DNA of 62,509 nucleotides, the filler included, from Sphacelaria rigidula (lineage: Eukaryota), in the NCBI GenBank assembly GCA_964200075.2. It is 11 parts of 11 records of this genome, joined end to end, with 100 filler letters (N's around TTAATTAATTAA, not from the genome) between each part and the next. Parts side by side here need not be neighbours in the genome. Positions count along the whole stretch, not along the records: positions 45,537 to 51,127 come from CAXNAA020026039.1; positions 51,228 to 56,818 come from CAXNAA020026040.1; positions 56,919 to 62,509 come from CAXNAA020026041.1; 8 more parts are not named here. One strand, written 5' to 3'. The stretch's first letter is position 1, and every line of letters begins with the position of its first letter. This document shows, one piece after another, positions 49,780-62,316 of the stretch. The notes below the pieces were generated by a model, which did no database searches, was not told the origin of the DNA, and worked only from the letters and a program-made list of their open reading frames with translations. The translations under genes and the position numbers were made by a program.

Positions 49780-52401
49780 TCTTTCACGAGTCGTTTTTCG
49801 GATGAGGTTAACGGTGCCTGATAATTCGAACCTCATGGAATATTTGTGCACCTCTACCGTCGCACCCCTCGTCGACCGCCATCACCTCTCGCCTTACTTT
49901 CCGCGTTGAGCGGCGCTGGTATCCGTGCCGACATTGGATGAGCTTGGAGCAAGAGTTGTCATTGAAAGTTGGGCACGCTTGGTGTCATGATCGTATCACA
50001 GATGCAAAGCCCGTGAAACGTACTAGCTGGGCCGGCAGTAAATCCCGCATTCTCTCTCCGTACTACAACTTCTCAAGTTTCCCAAATCAGCGCGACTCGA
50101 GCATGTCGCTGTGAACTGCAGACTAATCTGGTAACACACGGCACCGCCGCTGCTTAATTGGCGTAGTTTTGGCGATGATGTTATCGTATTGCATTGAGTA
50201 CCGGGTATGTCTTGTGTCATTGTGTGACAACGTGTCTGGGGACGTTTCGGCTAACAAGATGCGGTGGAATCACGATAGACCGTTACGCCGCATGGGCACA
50301 CGCACACCCAACATGCCCAGGCAAGAGCACACTGGTCGTGCTTCAGGATGGCATCAAGCTCGTCATGAGCGTCATGCTGGGAGAGAACCTCCGAGCGAAC
50401 TGTCGTATATCACCGCATGAGGGAGAAGTACTACTTGAAACTGTGTTATATCCCCCCCCAAAAGCACGACCGTCACCAACATACCGAGACCCTTTGCAAC
50501 CCGGAGGTACGAGAGATCATGCACGATTAGTATGCACAAAAACCTGTTTGTCGTGTCGGGATTCGAAGTCGTGACCTGTGTCATTTGGGGCTGTTGTGTC
50601 GGTTTGACCACCGGGGTCACACAAAAAATTCGACGCGAAGCCCAATTTCACGTATTTTCGGCTGAAACTCTACAAGGATGTGGTTGACGCGAGTGCCCGT
50701 ATGTACCGGAGCGTTGCCTGTACTTATTGAAACTTCATCTCGCTCGAAGTTCCTTTTTTTTTTTTCCGACACCCCTTACAGGGTTACGCTGATTGATGAT
50801 GAAAATGTCGTATCAAAATTTCAGCGCCCAACTCTTCGAATTGTCAACAGCACCTCCACTCTTCGTTTAAAAATCACTGATTGCCGGCCCAGCCCGTACT
50901 CTCTGTGTCACGCAAATCCAACCCTGTGGCATGTACTTCGTATTTTGACACCCTCTTTTCCCGTCGCACTCTCAACCATCCCCCGTCCCCTCCTTCCCGT
51001 TCCGTCTCGAAAGGGATGCGTTGTCAATGGTCAAACGTCTGAGGAGAGCAACAAATGAGTCCCCCCCCCCCCCCTGTTCTCCATTCTGAGGTTGGCGTTG
51101 GTTGGAAATGACGCTGTCATACACGCCNNNNNNNNNNNNNNNNNNNNNNNNNNNNNNNNNNNNNNNNNNNNTTAATTAATTAANNNNNNNNNNNNNNNNN
51201 NNNNNNNNNNNNNNNNNNNNNNNNNNNGGCTGAAATTTTACAGGAGTGCCTGGGACGCGATTGCCCACCACCTGGTTGAACGTACATTCGTTACCTTTAA
51301 TTTAACACGGAGTTATGGCGATTTCCCTGTTTTCGTATAAACTGCAAGTCGCTCTAACTTCTTTATTATTTTTTTTTTCAAGTGTACAGACACTAGTCCT
51401 GTCCGGACTGGTGATAAAATGTTGTGTTGGATTTTCGGCGTCTAACTCTTCGAATTACCGCCTGCTGGCCCTTTCCGCTGTTTCGTTATCCTCACAGCTG
51501 GACCAGCTCGTAATACTATTATTTCCGCACATTAGTCCCATCTCTCGAACCTGTGGTCACAGACGTAAGCTCGTCTTTTAACTGAAATTATACCTTCCTT
51601 TTTTCCCTAAATTTTCTTAGAATTGTGTTACAACCTTCTGGGGTTCGAACTCATCAGGGCTGTAGTGTGAACACATCAAATTTATCAAATACAAGGTGAG
51701 AATTCAATCAATGAAGGTGATGCCTGAATATTTTGGGTATTCAAACGCACATGACAATCAACTGGGGTCCTTATCCATCAGAGGAGCGATGTTGGTACAA
51801 GAAATAAACACAAGACCACGGATTCATCTTTGACGACAAAAATGTTGAATTAAGGAAGCTGATACAAGCAATAATTTCTCTTATACTCGCTGAATCAACC
51901 AGTCCGAGACGTGGGGCCGACGTGGCTTTTGTAATCTGCGTGCCTTATCATGGTGCCTGTGATTGATGGAGCGTATTTCCGGGGGCCTGATTCCGGAAAC
52001 GCCTTCAGAAAAGAAGGGTGTGTGCTCGTGGACTGCACTGATGCAGGACCAAGCTCTCGCTGTCGGAAAGCTGGTGATGAGCCGTGTTTACCATCCCTTT
52101 AGAACTCCCCAACATCGCCGTGACCTGAGGATCTACGTGACCGCCCCCACCACCAACGATATATGGTGGCTTTTACCGTTGAATTACAGGCAAGAACTGT
52201 ACCATTCTTCAGGTTTGGATAATGACGTATGCTTTCGTGTAATATGCACTACGCCGGGCCTTTGTGGCCTGTTCTGTAGACTATATACAACGCGCGACTG
52301 CGGGCCTGTGTGTGGGGGGTGCGTGTGTCACTGACGTGAGAGGTTTTTTGACGTGGTGTTTGCTGTCGCACGGCGATACACACCAATGGGTATTTTGACA
52401 G

Positions 52402-52503
52402 ATGTATGCGAGCAAGGGAGGGACTTTGCCGACGCTGGAGAGCCATGATTGGTCGGGTGGTAACGTCCTTCGGCTCACGGGATTGCTCCCCGCAAAAGAG
52501 AAG
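52402..52503 (+). CDS. Candidate internal exon of an unidentified gene
   Basis: TTTTGACAG| MYASKGGTLPTLESHDWSGGNVLRLTGLLPAKEK |GTGCGA. 102 nt, open frame. Confidence 0.4.
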
Positions 52504-53147
52504 GTGCGAGAAGCACATACCCCGCTTGTGGTGCATTGGCTATTTTATTTCGGCATGACCCCCTTCCCCTCCTTTCCTCTTCCCCCCTTTCTTCTTGCCT
52601 TATCTTAGGGTAAGGGTTAGGGTTAAGGTTATTGTCTCGTTATACATTTGTTTTGTTTTGTTTTTCGTTTCATTTCGTTTCGTTATTTATCTCTCCCTTT
52701 TTGGAGTCTCGTGCTTGGATCGTAGAATCCTTTGGCCATGCCGTGGCTTGCCTTGGCTTGCCTTGCCCTGACCTGTTCTGACTTGTTCGGTATGTCGACC
52801 TGCGTAGTTCCCTTATTTTTGTCTTCTTGGCCTCTTCTGGCCCGCGTACCTTGAAGCCGACGCTTTTTTTTTCTTTTAATTTGCTCTTCCAAGTCGTATG
52901 TATATACTTTGTGTGTTTTTATTTTCTCGCTGATGTGTTTGTAGAGTACCTTCATGTTGGTAGGCGTTTTCCTCCCCCCCCTCCTGTATTCTCCTTCTCG
53001 AAAGGGATGCGTGGTCAATGGTCAAACGACTAAATTGAGCAAAAAATGAGTACGCCCCTCCCTGGTATTCCGCCCATTTTGTTCCATGATTTTGCGACCA
53101 CAGGTGCTAGATTCTTGAAATGGAGTAATTTGAGAAACAACAACAAC

Positions 53148-53149
<2 letters not shown>

Positions 53150-53223
<74 letters not shown>
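53150..53223. repeat. (CA)n microsatellite preceded by (CAA)n
   Basis: Seen directly. Confidence 0.98.
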
Positions 53224-53226
<3 letters not shown>

Positions 53227-53684
53227 CTCGGATGTAGCTCTCGAGATATGTGGGTGACAACAGGCGAGAGCGCTATAAACACACTTATTACGGGCCACAC
53301 TTTCGCGATATTGAAGTTTCGGGCGTATTAGACACGCACACACGAAACAGTGTGATCTCGATGCTCTGGAATCCCGTGGCGACAACGTACGGCGTTCCCG
53401 GCAAACTAAGCAGAGCAGCCACAAAACTTTTCCATGCCCCGAGTACGCCGACGCAATAGCACAAACCGCTTCAGAGGATGTTGTAGAATGACACAGAGAT
53501 GGCAGTAAATGGGTAGTTCCGTCCTGCTCTGTTCGCTTGCAAGTGTGATCATTACCGACGTTTATTTCTTTGGACAACTAGTGGTTCAACGTTTGTATAT
53601 TTTCGGAATCTCGAGACTTTGTAGAGAATGTGGCTGTAGCGGGGGAAATTCCCATATTTCGACCGCGGGTCTGATTACAAGGGC

Positions 53685-54170
53685 TTAGACCGCTCCTTAT
53701 AACAGACAAGAAAAAAATCTGGAAAAGTGCCTTTCTTAGCTTCTACGTCGTTTTACGCCTCAAAAGAGAGCTAGGCAAAGGTTGGCACCTTGGAATGACT
53801 TGCTCTACTATTTGAGACGGTTCTAGGGCATCTTCCTGTTTTCTGGTGGCCGCAGTTTTTATTTTGGCCAAACAAGAATTTTTGTCCAAGAACGGTAAAA
53901 AACAGTCAAATCTAAAAAAAAATCGCTACTTTTTTCTCGACTTGACTGTTTTTTACCGTTCTTGGACAAAAATTCGTGTTTGGCCAAAATAAAAACTGCG
54001 GCCACCGGAAAACGAGAATGTGTCCTGGAACCGCCTCAATTACGACAGCAAGTCACATTCCAAGGTGTTAGACTCCGCCTAGCTCTCTTTTGGGGCGTAA
54101 AACGACGTAGAAGCTCCAAAAAGGCATTTTTCCAGATTTTTATTTTTGTCTGTTATAAGGAGCGGCCTAA
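53685..54170. mobile_element. Foldback MITE family D (almost fully palindromic), Tourist/PIF-Harbinger-like flanks
   Basis: TTA-GACCGCTCCTTATAACAGACAA ... TTGTCTGTTATAAGGAGCGGCC-TAA. Arms of about 225 bp around a short A/T spacer. Confidence 0.9.
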
Positions 54171-56129
54171 CACAATGAAACAGCAATCGCGTTGCGTGTT
54201 GTGCTCTCGGGGTTCATCACTTTGTGAGGTTCATGCCACCAAAGAAGCAGTCAAGTGGGGAGTTCGGCTATGCCGATGCGGTCACTTTTCTCGAGTGGCG
54301 GAAGCTGGAACAATCCCGAGGCACAGTTTGGTTTCTATCGGTTGTTGGGGTCGGGCCTGTAGGGTCAAAACCTATGATAAGTGGAGGCTTTTTTGAAGGA
54401 CGTTTCAACGCGAATATTTCCATCTGCTGTTTTTTCTTGGAAGGGGAGGGCGAAGGGGGGGGAGGAGGGGGCTTCGTCCTCCCCCATCTTTTTCGTAGAG
54501 TAGTTGCATTCCTCCCATATTCCTTGATATCAACATCAAAGTAGCGAAACGGGCGGGCATCGGCAAGAACCCTGGGCGTGTAGGTTCGAGATCTCTAGTG
54601 GTGACCTCGATGGTCTACAAAACCGAAGGCCAACACGTTGCGTGGATTTTACACACCCTGAACAAAAGATTATATTGTAAGAAAATGTACTGCGTGCAGT
54701 ATGGACCTGTTGTCTGTTGCAATAATCGCAATAGTCGATACTGCACGCAGTACACTTTCTGACTGTGTATTCTGTTGTCCAGGGTGTGGGATTTTACTCG
54801 GGAGTCACTGTTTGTCCTCTTTGGTGTGATGAAAATGTAGTCTCTGCTGTAGAGCTGGTACAAACCACCCTGCGCGACCGCGTACGTCAGGCAATTGAGT
54901 TGGTGGCGTGACACGTACGGAAAACACGTGTCACACCTGCCGCGTAACAATCGACCGTATGATATATACACATGAAAAAAAAAACATATATAGCCGCACC
55001 ACTTTGTATCGCACTGGAGATAGCTCGAAAGTCTGTATTTTATTGAAAGGCAAAGTCTTGAAAAAAAAAAAAATCTTTTTGTGTCATAGGTGAAAGCTCA
55101 GACCGGTCCTGGGGGCGAGGGATTACGTAGTATCACATTTTCGTGCTTGAATTGTGGCAGATGATGAGTTACTGTGTCGAGAAATGTTACGAAATGAGCA
55201 ATATCATCTTGTTAAGGCTAAAGAATGAAGAGCGCTTGGAGTGTCTCATAATTTTTTCGAAAATTTCACCTCAATACTCTGCCGTCACACTGAGCGAGGA
55301 ATGGGTTTCGCTATGCGTAATCCCGGCTGTATCAGGCATCGCGCGTGGTATTTTCAGCGGATGTTGCACGAGAGTAAAATAGACCACGTGGGCTTCTTAT
55401 GGGTAGAAGCTGTGCCCTGTTACGTGCGTTCGAGCTGTACCCGTGTAGGGTTAGTAGCGATCGATATGCATCGTCCAGTTACAAAAATGATTCGATCAAA
55501 CACGATTGGGACGTTGACTGTTGCCCCAAGGATCCAGCCGTGGTCACATGGTGGACGTACCTCGATATAAAATAGAAACAAGGTGCACCGGAGCCGAACA
55601 GCTCTAATGAAGACACTTGAATCTCCGCACACTGTTGCTGGTTCTCTTGCGCCTTCCACTCGTTGGACGCGACATGGACAAGAAGCAGCACACGAAATAC
55701 TGAGATGTCACTATGATCATTACTGAGCTGATTACCAGCCCTGACTGATGAGCTCAGTTGTTATTGTGACGACTCGTCAAAATGTTAATTCCGAGGACTT
55801 TCAAGCTGGTAAGCCTCTTGGAACTCGCGAAAAACAGTACACACTCCCATATGCGAGCTTTTGTCACCGGGGAAACTTCACTTCGAGTTCGGTGCACGAA
55901 TCCGTCACGTTGGTATACTCGAACTTGGAGTGGTGCATCGTTTTGGTCGGCTGCATCATCCATAGTTACCTGGAAAAAAACATATCTTGCCCAAGAAAAC
56001 GTCAATTGTAAATTGTCACTCTTTCATGAACGGTTCCAAAAAGGTTAAGACATCGAACCCTGACATTCACTCCGGGCTTCTTCGCCCCTGCTTGAATGTC
56101 CACCCCTCTCTCTCCCTGCGCGTGGTCTT

Positions 56130-56220
56130 GCTCCGTCTCGAAAGGGATGCGTGGTCAATGATCAAACGACGAAGGCAAGCAACAAATGAGTACCCCCCCC
56201 CCCCTCCTCCCCCCCCCTCC
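56130..56220 (+). repeat. Interspersed repeat end (CTCGAAAGGGATGCGTGGTCAATG.TCAAACG..GCAACAAATGAGTACCCC)
   Basis: Also at about 51002-51074 and 52995-53060. The terminal motif occurs in both orientations at about 56668-56818, suggesting a MITE TIR. Confidence 0.75.
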
Positions 56221-56257
56221 CTGCGCGCTCCCCGTGATTTCGGCGATGGCTCTGCAG

Positions 56258-56382
56258 TTGATCGTTATGGTGGTATCGCCGGATGATGTGTCGTACCGTA
56301 TGCTGGCGTCCAGCATCGAGGACGTGTTGCGACTCGAGGACGGTCGGACGGTAGAGATGGTCCAAGACGAAGACACAATGCG
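56258..56382 (+). CDS. Candidate internal exon of an unidentified gene
   Basis: CTCTGCAG| LIVMVVSPDDVSYRMLASSIEDVLRLEDGRTVEMVQDEDTMR |GTGAGA. Protein-like composition and GC-rich third positions. Confidence 0.5.
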
Positions 56383-57119
56383 GTGAGAGGATCAGCGTAC
56401 AATGCTTGATTTGCGATGGAGCTCTACCTAAAAATGAGAGATGGGCAGTAATTCTGGTGTTACAATTTTCATTGATGAGGTTTTGCAGTTAGCGACATTT
56501 CCCGCGGAAAGGCGGGTGTACAGCAATCGATTGCTTGATTGATTGATTAACTCACATTAACTGATTGCAAAAATCCAGCCCGTGGTCAGGGGCAGAAAAA
56601 ATAGAACAGAATAATAAAAAAACAATAAATGCGGGTCACCTCGGCTTTGTCCCCCCTCCTCCCCCCCATTACTCATTTGTTGCTTGTACGGGGGGGAGGG
56701 GGATGGATGTGTCTCTTTAGACTAAGCAATCGTGCCGAGGACAGGGAGACAATGAAAAAAATGAAAGAATGGTGAAATGGGGGGGGGGGGGCGTACTCAC
56801 TAAGGCAAGCAACAAATGNNNNNNNNNNNNNNNNNNNNNNNNNNNNNNNNNNNNNNNNNNNNTTAATTAATTAANNNNNNNNNNNNNNNNNNNNNNNNNN
56901 NNNNNNNNNNNNNNNNNNACTAGAACGAACCCAAGCGTGGGAATTCTCAGCTTCTCGTTGTGCTCGGCTTTTCCCATTTCGTTTCACGTGAAGATTTTGC
57001 CTCCAAAAACCATGCACTTTTGGGGGGAAGGCTATCGTAGAAAGCGCCAACCACATCTTGCTCAAAACCCGTCAATTGCAAATGATCAATTTCCCATTGT
57101 GAGTTCCAAAAGGGTTAAA

Positions 57120-58837
57120 AGTTAGCATGGAGAACCACAAAAGAGTGCCGAATTAAAAAAAATGGGCCTTCATTTGTTTTTTTATAGGGGTTAGGGCCTT
57201 CTCGTGAAGAAATGGTCTTTAACATAATAGAACGCCCTAAACCAGTGAAAAAAATAAAAATAAATCAACCTGACCCACTTCGTATTGTTATTTCTGCCTT
57301 ACAGAGCGCCCACACAAAATTTCAATACACGAAAACCAAACATGGGCCGGTGAGTGGCCTGCGAAATACTGTTCCGATTTTCTACCGACCCGGTTTTTTA
57401 AAGGCCCATGCTCCCGCCAATATTTAGAGTTGGACCCTGAAATTGGTATGGACATTTCATAGGGCATGAAAAAGAAAATTACGTCGGCACCAAAAGTTTC
57501 TTTATTTTTTTCATGAGTCGAGGGCAATAATCATTTTCAGGTATCAGTAAAATGCCCTTAACTCATGCAAAGGGCACAACGCCCATACATGGGGATACAT
57601 TTTTGTAGTGAAATGTGAAATTCAACGAATCAGAAACCCTTCATTGAGGAATCGGCGGAATCTAGCGCCAATAAAATGCCACCTCCGTAGTGAATTATGC
57701 AGTGAAAAATGCTTGTGATTGGCTTGCAGGCTCGAGTAACACCTGAAGTGTACGCCGGGATGGATAGAACAGCAGCAGAGAAATGGAGCTGCAAGCAGAC
57801 AAGCAGACAGCGAGTGGTGCATTGCCGCCGCAGTGGGTTATTGCGATGCTCGTGTATCAGTATATCCTTAGAATGGCTGGTTGTGTCTTTCCGTGGCCGC
57901 GAGCGTTGGCGCCGATGCCAGCGGCAGCAGCCGTCATGCTGACGGGTGCAAGCAGTACCCTGGCGGTGCAGTATACCCGCACTGTGCTGTGCGTTGCTCC
58001 TTTCATCGGAGCATGGGGTCTGGCCCAGCCGGTCGAGCGGTGTATACTGGTGCTGGTTGTGTGCCTTTACCCAGCCATGTTCGGTATCGCGCAAGTGATG
58101 GGTCCGGGTAACATGAAGTTTTCAACAGACAAACAAGTGTGTAGACAGACAGCACTGCGTCTCGACTAATCCTAAATGTTCCAGAAAGACGAACACAACA
58201 ATGCAGTACACCAAGCAATCTCAGCGGAGACGAAACCATCTTCGCAGGGTCTAAACACACCACAGCACAGTGATAGCTACAGCACACAAGAGCGGATATG
58301 AGTGTGTTCGTGCTGGAGTACAGTGGAACAAGACACATCCCATGTTTTAGTTCTTCGGCTGACTTTCAAAAGGTCTTGAGTAGTTGCCGCGTGCCGATCT
58401 TGAACGCTCAGACATTATCGCGCTACGCGCAAATAATTCAAGTTACCACAAAATTATCCCCATATGTAATTTTTTGTATATAGATTAGTCAATTAATTGA
58501 TCGAGGATGAATGATTGGATGGTTGGATGGATAGATGTTTGGATTCTATTTTTTGGACAAAGGGGAAGGCAAATATTAATTAATTCATAAATTATTGTTT
58601 GGGGATGGGATGGTTGGTTGGTTGGTTGGTTGGTTTTGTATATTATTTTTTGGAGAAAGGAAAGACAATATGGGTCCTGTGCCATGAAAAGAAATCAAAA
58701 ACACCTTTGGTGCCGACGTAATTGTTTTTACATGCCCTATGCATTGTCCATACCAAACTTCAGGGTCCAACTCTAAATATTGGCGGGAGCATGGGCCTGC
58801 GAACTTCAAATCCGCCTCTAGGCTGGCCCAGCTCGTA
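57120..58837. mobile_element. Non-autonomous DNA-transposon-like element with ~115-bp subterminal inverted repeats enclosing ~1.15 kb
   Basis: 57402-57515 is the reverse complement of 58683-58798. Both ends match the shorter repeat at 18425-18910. Confidence 0.7.
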
Positions 58838-61163
58838 TGGAGATATTGAAACTGGTGTTGTAAATTCAATCCGGCCCGAAGACATCAAACCTCCATACCC
58901 CCATACTGTACCCCCCCACCCCCACACCCCCAGACCTACGAGTACCTCATATATTTTAAGGCACCGGACGGCGGCTGCTTGAACGAGAAAAATAATTTGG
59001 TACTATACTGCCTGGCCTGCACAACTACTGCCTTCAAGCAACCGCGATTCCGCGAGCGTGCGACATGCGACATGTGTTATTACAGCACACCTAAAAATTT
59101 AAAATCAACACCTCAAAAACCAAAACCATCGACGCAAGACCATGGTTGAGCAATGCGGTACAATAACAGGGTATCGAGCTCGATTGCTACATCAACATGA
59201 GGCAGCTGGTCCAATTACATTGCGCTTCATCTCTGAACACGAAGTAGAAACATCGCCCTGGAGACAACCTGGGGGGGTGTTGCCCACAGAAACAGCGGCG
59301 CCGTACCTACGAAGCGTCCAACAACCTCAAAACCGACATACTCACGAGGGCACACGAACTAGTAGAAGCTCACCTCCTACGCCTCTCCTTTGGATTAAAG
59401 GGAAATGAAAATACTTCCGATGCGATGCACAGCCCACAGCTGGCCGATATACCGCCTACGACAAGCCTGGTGCGTGATCTGCCTGCTGCGACACTCGTAC
59501 ACTATCTTGTCCATTCTAAACTGCAACTTTTTGGGTGATATATTTCCCTTCATATATTGTCGTACCCGCGGTCAACAGGAAACCACTTCAATCGACTCAA
59601 GCATGGGTATGGTGCCACCAATGTACGACACAGGGTGAGCACATCGGAAAACTACAGCGTACTTGTCATACACAACATACGCCGTGTCATTCATCCAGAC
59701 GATGTTCCATGGAATCGAGCAACTGGTCGAAAATTATTCCAAAGGGCGCCGTAGATCATGACACAGCGACGTCAACGAGCACAGCCTAAAGAGTATCTTA
59801 CGAGCACGTTCCGTCCGTCCCTCGGTCATCCCCGCCGGTCGTCGCATAGGATAGGGAACTAGAACAGAGTCTAGTATCATTGGGTACTGTGAACGGCGTG
59901 TGATTCAAAGAACTTGTGCTTGGAGTACATTCCCTCCCCACTTGTGTTCATCAGAAAAGCTGCTGACTGGATCGCTGGAGAGTACAAAAGACCATATCTT
60001 CGGAACAAGTGTGCTGATCCAGACAGTTGGGCAACCCACACCCCAATCAATACTGAGCATTGCCAGGACGAGTCACAGCACTGCACAGCTATACCCCCCG
60101 TCTTACTGGTAGTACAAAACGAACCGTAGACGTATATGCGTCAGGTGCTACAGGGCGTGAATGTGGCTATACTGACTGTATACAAACGGGAGAAACGTAT
60201 CCTGCACTGCCGGAATGTCCAGCACCAACATGAGAGGATCGCGGCCGGGCAACCCAAAGCAACAAGCAACGTCGCCGGGGGGCTCCTGCCCAACCGTATC
60301 TCCCCAGCTTGCCAAGTTTGTGTCGGATTTTGAGAGCAAGATTTTACGGCCAGTTCGTGAGAAGCGCGCGACAACAGACGAGATTCTAGCCGTCCAACCT
60401 GTTGGTTTAGGGGTAAGTACTGTACTCGGCACTTGGAGTGTGATCGGTCAACCCAATAATTTGTAAAGATACACCCTTGCATCACACCTGCCAGGATCGC
60501 CGAGATCGGTACTGCTACAGCGTTCATAGAAAATAGCGCCGTTTCGTGAGGGATTTTCTAGCGAGTCCCGGCTGCTAATATGACCATGGTGCATGACAAC
60601 GAGCATAGTTCGTTCCCATTTGCACCAGAATACATCGAAACCATCCCCCCACCGACATAACTCAGGGGGGTATGTGCCAAGTTTTCACGGCGCATGCCAC
60701 CGCGACCACCTCTATTTTTCGGCAAACATGATCCTGTAGAGTAGACTCTATTGATTCCGCGGTTCCTCTGACCTCGTCATCCACTCCTTATACCCGCAGA
60801 CGGTCCGAGATCAAGAATGGGATGGAGTTGTCGATGGAGAGGTATGCGGAAATGGGTCACTGGCCGATGCCGTGCAGGCGTTCTTGCACTGGATCCCCAT
60901 TAAGCTGGAAACGAACGAGTTGTTGAGGCTTTGTTTGAGCTGTGGCGATGCTCTCGTCAAGCAGGTAACCCGTTCCTTGGAAAAGTGAGACCCGGTTATG
61001 CATTTCGATGCACATTCCATCGCCCAATTTTCCACGTTTATGCTTGTCGTACTCCAAAGAAATAGATGGCAAGACGACGAATAAGAAAAACGTAATAGGC
61101 CGAGTGGGACATATGCACCACGTACCCTTCCATACTTGAAAAATCGCACTTTCTTTCCAAGAA

Positions 61164-62316
61164 TTGCATCCCTGTGATGCGTGGAAGGACCGCGTGCGTT
61201 TTGGACCCCATCAGAATGTGAACATCCCAGAACTGACTTGTCGGGAGGACCGCGCGGACGTCGTCAATGCAGAGACCGCGCCCCGAGCAAACCTGACCCG
61301 CGCATGTATCGAGTCAGGGTTAGCGAAGCCAGGCGCGGTGACTGCAGCGACACGACGATGGCGCAGCGTGCCTCGAAAGGGAGAAGAACAAGTATTTCAA
61401 GACTATAAGTGCAGGCACCCGTCACTCGCGTGGGAGTCACTCTCGCATGTGGATTGTGGTGGGAAAGAATTGGCACCAGTGTCTTTTAGGGGGTTGTCTG
61501 CGCCGATCACGTCGTCATGACCGTATCGACAGACTCATGCTCGGTACTCACGAGTACCAGATGTCGAAACGACCCTTTTGCGTCGTACTCACAGGTACCA
61601 GATACCGAGACGACCGCCTTCTCGGTACTTACGATTACTGACATGTGGCTTGCATGTGGTCCACTTTGTCATTCAAGGCAGCTTCAAGGTAAACACACAA
61701 GTCAAGACTACTAACCTTGCTTTTCTCCCCCGCAGAGATGACACCGCGGTGACCTAGTCTAGTGTATTCACCTTGAAGCTGCCTTGAATGACAAAGTGGA
61801 CCGCATGTAAACCCCATGTCAGCAACCGCAAGTATCAAGCAGCTGAGTCGTCTCGGTATCTGGTACCTGTGAGTACGAAGCAAAAGTGTCGTTTCGACAT
61901 CTTGTACTCGTGAGTACCGAGCATGAGTCCGTCGATACGGTCACGACGACGTGATCGGCGCAGACAACCCCCTAAAAGACACTGGTGCCAATTCTTTCGC
62001 ACCGCAATTCACATACGAGAGTGACTCACACGCGAGTGACGGGTGCCTGCATTTCTTCTTCTTCTTCTTCTTCTTCTTCTTCCTATTATTATTATTATTA
62101 TTTCCGTACATTCTTTTTTTCTTGAAATATTTGTTACCCTTCCGAGACACACTGCGCCGTCATCGTGTCGCTCCAGTCACGTCGCCTGGCTAGGTTTGCT
62201 CGGGGTACGGTCTCTGCATCGACAACGTCCGCGCGGTCCTCTCGACAAGTCGGTCCTGGGGTGTTCTGATGGAGTCCAAAACACACGCGGTCCTTCCACG
62301 CATCACAGGAATGCAA
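61164..62316. repeat. Large imperfect inverted repeat (foldback), arms about 540-560 bp, spacer about 50 bp
   Basis: TTGCATCCCTGTGATGCGTGGAAGGACCGCGTG... pairs with ...CACGCGGTCCTTCCACGCATCACAGGAATGCAA. Pairing continues inward to GCAGCTTCAAGGT / ACCTTGAAGCTGC. The ORF track shows mirrored peptides (CRHPSLA.ESLS.V.CG.KELAPVSFRGLSAPITSS) on both strands. Confidence 0.95.

Noticed and set aside
53022..53577. ORFs with poly-(CV) or poly-(HT)
   Set aside because: Translations of the (CA)n microsatellite.
55720..55835. Hammerhead ribozyme at CTGATGAG (also at about 48978 and 14508)
   Set aside because: No stem II closed by a correctly placed GAAA, and no stem I/III pairing with an NUH cleavage site.
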